The translations under genes were made by a program, and so were the position numbers. The notes under the pieces were generated by a model. The model was not told where the DNA came from, searched no databases, and worked only from the letters and a program-made list of their open reading frames with translations. Of a stretch of DNA of 64,000 bases, positions 59,613 through 64,000 are shown one piece after another; position 1 is the first letter of the stretch, and the number at the start of each line of letters is the position of its first letter. Origin of the DNA: an uncultured delta proteobacterium (lineage in GTDB: Bacteria > Desulfobacterota > Binatia > UBA9968); the NCBI GenBank assembly GCA_963737905.1, contig CAVTUQ010000032.1, positions 1-64,000 on the forward strand. The letters run 5' to 3'.

Positions 59613-60059
59613 ATGGAACTAGTAAGATGGGATCAAGTTGAGGGTGTAAACAGATTTCAGTCCCGAATCAACGAGCTATTCGAAGACACGTTCGGTCGGA
59701 CACGGGCGCAACAGAGTGCCGCTACTGGAGTCTGGTATCCTCCCGTCGACATTCTTGAAAGTAAGGATTCGTATCTCATTCGCGCCGAGTTACCCGGAAT
59801 GAGAATCGAGGACCTCAAAACGGAAGTGAACGAAGGGATATTGACACTGAGTGGCGAGAGAAAGTTTGAAGAGCCGGCCAATGGGGTCGAGTACCACCGA
59901 GCCGAGCGGGTTGCAGGTAAATTTTCTCGATCCTTCTACCTGCCGCAAACAGTGAAACACGATGGCATCAAAGCAACCTATCGCGACGGAATACTTGAAG
60001 TAAAAGTTCCCAAAGCCGAAGAGGCCAAGCCAAGACAGATCGCTATAAGCCTGAACTGA
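59613..60059 (+). CDS. Hsp20/alpha-crystallin small heat-shock protein
   Basis: PPVDILE, AELPGM, LSGERK, FSRSFYLP, ATYRDGILEVKVPK. Confidence 0.95.
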   Translation: MELVRWDQVEGVNRFQSRINELFEDTFGRTRAQQSAATGVWYPPVDILESKDSYLIRAELPGMRIEDLKTEVNEGILTLSGERKFEEPANGVEYHRAERVAGKFSRSFYLPQTVKHDGIKATYRDGILEVKVPKAEEAKPRQIAISLN

Positions 60060-60086
60060 TTCATCGCAAAACCGTCAAACAGCAGG

Positions 60087-60122
60087 AAGGGGGAAAGCCA
60101 GGCGCTTCCCCCTTGGTTTCTC
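60087..60122 (+). terminator. Probable terminator after Hsp20
   Basis: AAGGGGGAA...TTCCCCCTT hairpin followed by GGTTTCT. Confidence 0.6.
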
Positions 60123-60140
60123 GTAACGCCGCCAAAAACA

Positions 60141-60533
60141 ATGGATGAAGGGCGCATTTTTATAGATGCCGAAACGTTCAACGATCTGTCTAACACCATC
60201 GGTGAGCTGATTAAGTACCTAGGATGGCTCAATGAACGAAAGGATTTGGAGGCGATCAATAAACTCAGCCCGATCGTTGGGCGAATGACGGATCTATTTG
60301 TAGCCATCACCGAAGGGGCTTTCCCGCGAATATCCCATGCCGTTGATACTATCAATCAGGTTCGCGGCGAGATTAGTCAGAGGATTGCTCAAGCCAACAC
60401 ACCGGAGGAGATTGAGCAACTCTCTAAAGAGGTCGATAAGCTAGTGAGCGACTACCAGAAGCGCATAGATGAAGTTAAGGCAGAAACAAAGCGCTTGGAA
60501 AAACAGAGTCGCAAGCAGAGTCGGAAGCAGTGA
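60141..60533 (+). CDS. Hypothetical helical/coiled-coil protein
   Basis: 130-aa ORF with protein-like composition; no family recognised. Confidence 0.6.
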   Translation: MDEGRIFIDAETFNDLSNTIGELIKYLGWLNERKDLEAINKLSPIVGRMTDLFVAITEGAFPRISHAVDTINQVRGEISQRIAQANTPEEIEQLSKEVDKLVSDYQKRIDEVKAETKRLEKQSRKQSRKQ

Positions 60534-60607
60534 GGGTTACCGGATCCAGCTGAACGAATTGTCTACATCTCAGACAGCATGCCCCGCCCAAGAGATAGAG
60601 CAAAAAG

Positions 60608-60721
60608 ATGGATGAGTTAGCGCGGGAATACCGCGACACCCACGACCCGGAAATTCCAGAGGAGATTTACCAATTGAGCCGCGAGCTAGAAAAGATGGAG
60701 AAGCCTGAAAGAAAAAATTAG
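60608..60721 (+). CDS. Putative 37-aa helical peptide
   Basis: MDELAREYRDTHDPEIPEEIYQLSRELEKMEK; similar to the C-terminus of the convergent ORF. Confidence 0.45.
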   Translation: MDELAREYRDTHDPEIPEEIYQLSRELEKMEKPERKN

Positions 60722-60743
60722 GGGCCGAGCGTTAACCCGTCTT

Positions 60744-61133
60744 TCAACTTGCCACGAACACCCACGGTTCACCGAGCTTGCCATATTCCTTAGCAAGAAG
60801 GTTGATTTCGTCATTTTCGTCATTCACTTTCATGTCGTGAGTCGCGGCGAAGTTCCGCGCCAAGGCGTCCATTTGCTTTCCAATAAGCTCTTTGACCGAT
60901 TCTCGAATGCGGGGGAAGATCGTGCAAAGCACTTGTTGCTGAGCCTCCAGTTCCCACCAGTGTTGTTGTCCATAACGTTGAACATGATAGCGGAACTGCG
61001 AAATCAACCATTCCGGTTGAATGTGTGGCTCCAAAAAGGTCAAGGCTTCACGAACCTCCGGCGTGTCGATGTCTCTTTGCTTACATTCCAGTGTGGCGGA
61101 TTCGAGGGTCGCAAGGGCTTCTAAGACGGTCAT
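60744..61133 (-). CDS. Hypothetical protein
   Basis: 129-aa ORF with AGGAG RBS. Confidence 0.65.
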   Translation of the reverse strand: MTVLEALATLESATLECKQRDIDTPEVREALTFLEPHIQPEWLISQFRYHVQRYGQQHWWELEAQQQVLCTIFPRIRESVKELIGKQMDALARNFAATHDMKVNDENDEINLLAKEYGKLGEPWVFVAS

Positions 61134-61270
61134 AGTGCTCCTGGTATCACAGAACGCATCGTATCCACCAGCATCACCAGGCTGATAACCACCGGAATCA
61201 ACAGAGTGCGTTGGTGGATTCCCAAATCAGTATTTCGCCGATGTTCACTACGGCGTACAACGACGACCCA

Positions 61271-61555
61271 TCATGAAGTGGGTGCTAGTAACACATCGAA
61301 TCCGATTTGGCCGCCGTTCGGGGCGTTGACTTGGATGCCCTGTCCCGGAGGAATCAGATAAGTTCTTGAGCCTGTGCTCAAAGCCCCAACAATGGCTTGA
61401 TCGGCTGGGTTCGCAGTAGAGTTGAAAATTACGGGGTGTGCGCGCGCGCGTGTACTAAACGAACCCGCAACCTGAACCGTGACCAGGAGTGGCGTGGGGG
61501 AATCATTTTGATAAAGGACTCCACTTGTATTTTGTGGCAGATCTGTAAACTGCAT
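61271..61555 (-). CDS. Hypothetical beta-rich protein
   Basis: 94-aa ORF with GAGGAGG RBS. Confidence 0.6.
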   Translation of the reverse strand: MQFTDLPQNTSGVLYQNDSPTPLLVTVQVAGSFSTRARAHPVIFNSTANPADQAIVGALSTGSRTYLIPPGQGIQVNAPNGGQIGFDVLLAPTS

Positions 61556-61631
61556 TAAACCCTCCTCTCAGGATTGGCTAACGAGAAGTTGCTCATGATG
61601 GTCTCAACACTAATCACCCGATCCTTCTGAG

Positions 61632-61817
61632 CTACCTTATTTGACTTTGTATAACATTTGCTGATACGTCCCCCGTTCCTTCAGAAATCTTCTGCATGAA
61701 CTCTTCTCGGGTAATCAGCCCCTTCTCAATCAAGAGTTTCGCCAGTGCGTCGGTCTGCGCGAGTCTTGAGACGAGAAGTTCTTCCAACGTGAGAGGTCTT
61801 TTATCTGGTTTTGCCAT
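61632..61817 (-). CDS. Small hypothetical protein (SHOCT-like motif)
   Basis: DALAKLLIEKGLITREEF; GAGG RBS; possible frameshift near the end. Confidence 0.7.
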   Translation of the reverse strand: MAKPDKRPLTLEELLVSRLAQTDALAKLLIEKGLITREEFMQKISEGTGDVSANVIQSQIR

Positions 61818-61827
61818 TGTGGCTTCC

Positions 61828-62035
61828 TCACTTGATTACCCGGTCGGCGCGGTAAAGAACTGACTGCGGAATCGTCAGACCGATCTGCTTGGCCGTCTTT
61901 AAGTTAATCACCAACTCGAACTTCGTCGGCTGTTCAACGGGAAGGTCGGCAGGCTTGGCTCCCTTGAGGATGTCCACGTAATATGCGACGCGCCGGTAGC
62001 TGTCCGCGAGGTCCGCCCCGTAGGACATGAGCCCA
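61828..62035 (-). pseudogene. C-terminal stub of an ABC_sub_bind protein
   Basis: GLMSYGAD...[35 protein letters not shown]; no N-terminal part. Confidence 0.85.
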
Positions 62036-62076
62036 CTTCTCCGCGACCTCAGCGGTCATGAGAAAAAATCGCCGCC

Positions 62077-62170
62077 CGCCCTTCGACCAGGCTCAGGACG
62101 AACGGCTAAGTACTTGATTCACCGATTCCGCCACCCCGTTCGTGCTCAGGTTCTCGAAGCATGACCGGAT
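62077..62170. repeat. REP-like inverted pair
   Basis: CCCTTCGACCAGGCTCAGGACGAACGG ... CCGTTCGTGCTCAGGTTCTCGAAGC. Confidence 0.75.
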
Positions 62171-62213
62171 TTCCAGCGCCTCCGGGGTGCAAAACTCTGA
62201 GTCCTTCTTCTCC

Positions 62214-63936
62214 TTACGTGAACGCTCGTTCTAGCTCACGCAAGATTCCGTCGGGTTCGCGCAGTCCAAGGTCCACGATTTGATCGGCGCGGGCTTGCGA
62301 ATCGCTGTTGGCATAGATACGTAGCTGGGGCGCGTTGCCCGACGGCCGGACGTGCGCGACGTCGCCATTGTGGAAATAGACGCGCACCCCATCGAGGACA
62401 TTGATGCGCACGATATCGTCGAATCCGAGCGCGGGCGTGAAGAAACGCATCAACGTGGCTTTGCGTTGCTGCCAGTCTGCGATTGCCGGTGCCGCGAGCA
62501 GCGTGGAGACCGTGCCCGGATGGCTGCGGTCAAATACGCGTGCTGTGCTATCGAACGCCACCTCGATCACATCGCCGGGTGGTATCAGATGAGCCAGGAT
62601 GGCCTGGCTAACCGCGACCGGTACGTTGTCGAGCAAGCCGGCGCGGCCAAAGCGTGCCGGCAGCCGGTTCCATAGTGCGGCCAATCCGACGCGCTGCTCG
62701 GCGGCGGCGAACAAATTTGCCAGGATGGGCAACGTCGAGTCGCGCGTGGGCAGCGCGATCAGTGTCCCCCCGGTCAACGGAATATCGCTGCCGGTCAAAA
62801 ATCCGCCGTTGGCTTCCCAGCCCACGATCCGTGTGTGTTCTCCGGCGCGCAATTCGTCGAGGGCGGAGATGACATAGGGCGATCCGATCTTGGTCTTCTC
62901 GAAGAAAACCCCACGCTCGCCCATGCGTCGCTCGACCGCATCGTTGGCGCTAATGGGAACCGCGGCACCATCTGCGCGCAGGTATTCAGCGACTACCATG
63001 CCGAGCAGGTCACCGGGCAAAAAGCGCACGCGCCGGCCGCCCGGGTGGACCTCGGCGGCGGGCAGCACCGCTATCACGAGCGGCCGGTCGGAGTCGCCAT
63101 CCGTAGACACGATTGCGTGAAGCGGCCGGCCGCTCGCTTCGGCAGCCACCGCGAACTCCTCCAGGCGATCAAGCTGCTCGTCGGTGATGTTCTCGGTATC
63201 GATGGAAACGAAGGTCTCGCTGCGCCCAGCGGTGACCACCTCGGCGCCGAGCGCGCGCAGGATCTGCGGCAAGATATCGCGGCCCACCGCCGAATGCTGA
63301 TACACAAGAACGCGCAGGCCGGATAGACCACCGCCGGTGAAACTTGTCAAATAGCGGCGGACGTAGGCTTGCTCGGCGGCGCGATCGAGCGGCGGCAGGT
63401 CCGCCGGCCGCTTGAACATTCCGGAGGCGTCGAAGGCCGATGTGGTCGCGGTCCGGCTGTATTCCTCGACGCGCACGCGCTCGACCTCCGCCGTGATGCC
63501 GGGTTCGTCCTGTTTCAGAACCTCACCGACACTTTTATTGATTTTAATACCGTTGCGATCGAACGGAATGTGGCTGCCGGTCACCATCACACCGGCTGCG
63601 TCCGGTAGAGATGGCATGCGAGACTAACGCGGGTGTAGGAATCTTGCCCGAGTTCTCCACGTGGCAACCCGAGTCGACAATCGCCCGTGCCGAGGCGCGC
63701 ATGATGCGGTCGGTGCTCGGCCGGAGGTCCCCCGCGATAACCACTGTGCTGCCCGCACGGATATCGCCGATGCTCAACAAATACCGGAGCGCGCCTTTGA
63801 CATTGACATAAGCCTCGATGTCGGTGATGTCTTTGACCAGACCGCGTAATCCGCTGGTGCCAAAGGTCAACGGGACTGGAGCATAGTTAAGAAACGAAGC
63901 CGTGGGGTGGATTCGCGGTTCGGGCATTGGAGTCAT
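62214..63936 (-). CDS. Phosphomannomutase/phosphoglucomutase family, frameshift near 63615
   Basis: FGTSGLRG, VTGSHIP phosphoserine loop, DGDSDR metal loop, GWEANGG, RPSGNAP. Confidence 0.92.
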
Positions 63937-64000
63937 GGTGTTTACGCATGTCCTCAACGTACCTTAGTGGTTTGGCAACTCTTTCAAAACGAAATGAATC

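Noticed and set aside
952-63936. Programmed frameshifting or phase variation in the membrane protein (~1485), sulfatase 1 (~4830), MscS (x2), OmpA 1 (~44360) and PMM (~63615)
   Set aside because: These are isolated 1-2 nt indels in otherwise well-conserved genes with no shared slippery motif. Uncorrected sequencing error is the simpler explanation; reads are needed.
1-64000. CRISPR array, tRNA or rRNA genes
   Set aside because: No regularly spaced identical repeats with unique spacers, and no cloverleaf or rRNA signature seen by eye. A covariance search was not run.

Overview
64-kb bacterial window of moderately high GC. The gene families and intergenic repeats resemble Candidatus Binatia/deltaproteobacterial MAGs; this taxon call is inference only. 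I saw no rRNA, tRNA or CRISPR array. Most genes are on the minus strand. About 1-52 kb is an accessory cluster of three Cys-type arylsulfatases, a formylglycine-generating enzyme, an OprB porin, a patatin and an alpha/beta hydrolase lipoprotein, MltF, MscS, AqpZ, two OmpA paralogs, LysM, YSC84, HdeD, many DUF proteins, FtsH and two VapBC modules. Its regulators are two sigma54 enhancer-binding proteins, a sensorless HisKA_3 kinase with two NarL-type regulators behind a sigma54 promoter, and receiver-only proteins. The strongest signal is non-coding: one ~35-bp operator-like motif recurs in the same orientation upstream of 11 genes of the cluster, and a second 20-bp palindrome with a shared -10 region recurs 3 times. 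Together they suggest an uncharacterised regulatory cascade and regulon. The right end holds AraC with two paralogous targets, an orphan nuoB-small membrane protein-ftsH unit, an ABC binding protein, Hsp20 and a phosphomannomutase. The window also carries a TIR-flanked Y1 (HUH) transposase, nested MITE/REP-like repeats, many short gene stubs, and several single frameshifts that are probably sequencing errors. All family calls are from motif recognition, not database searches.
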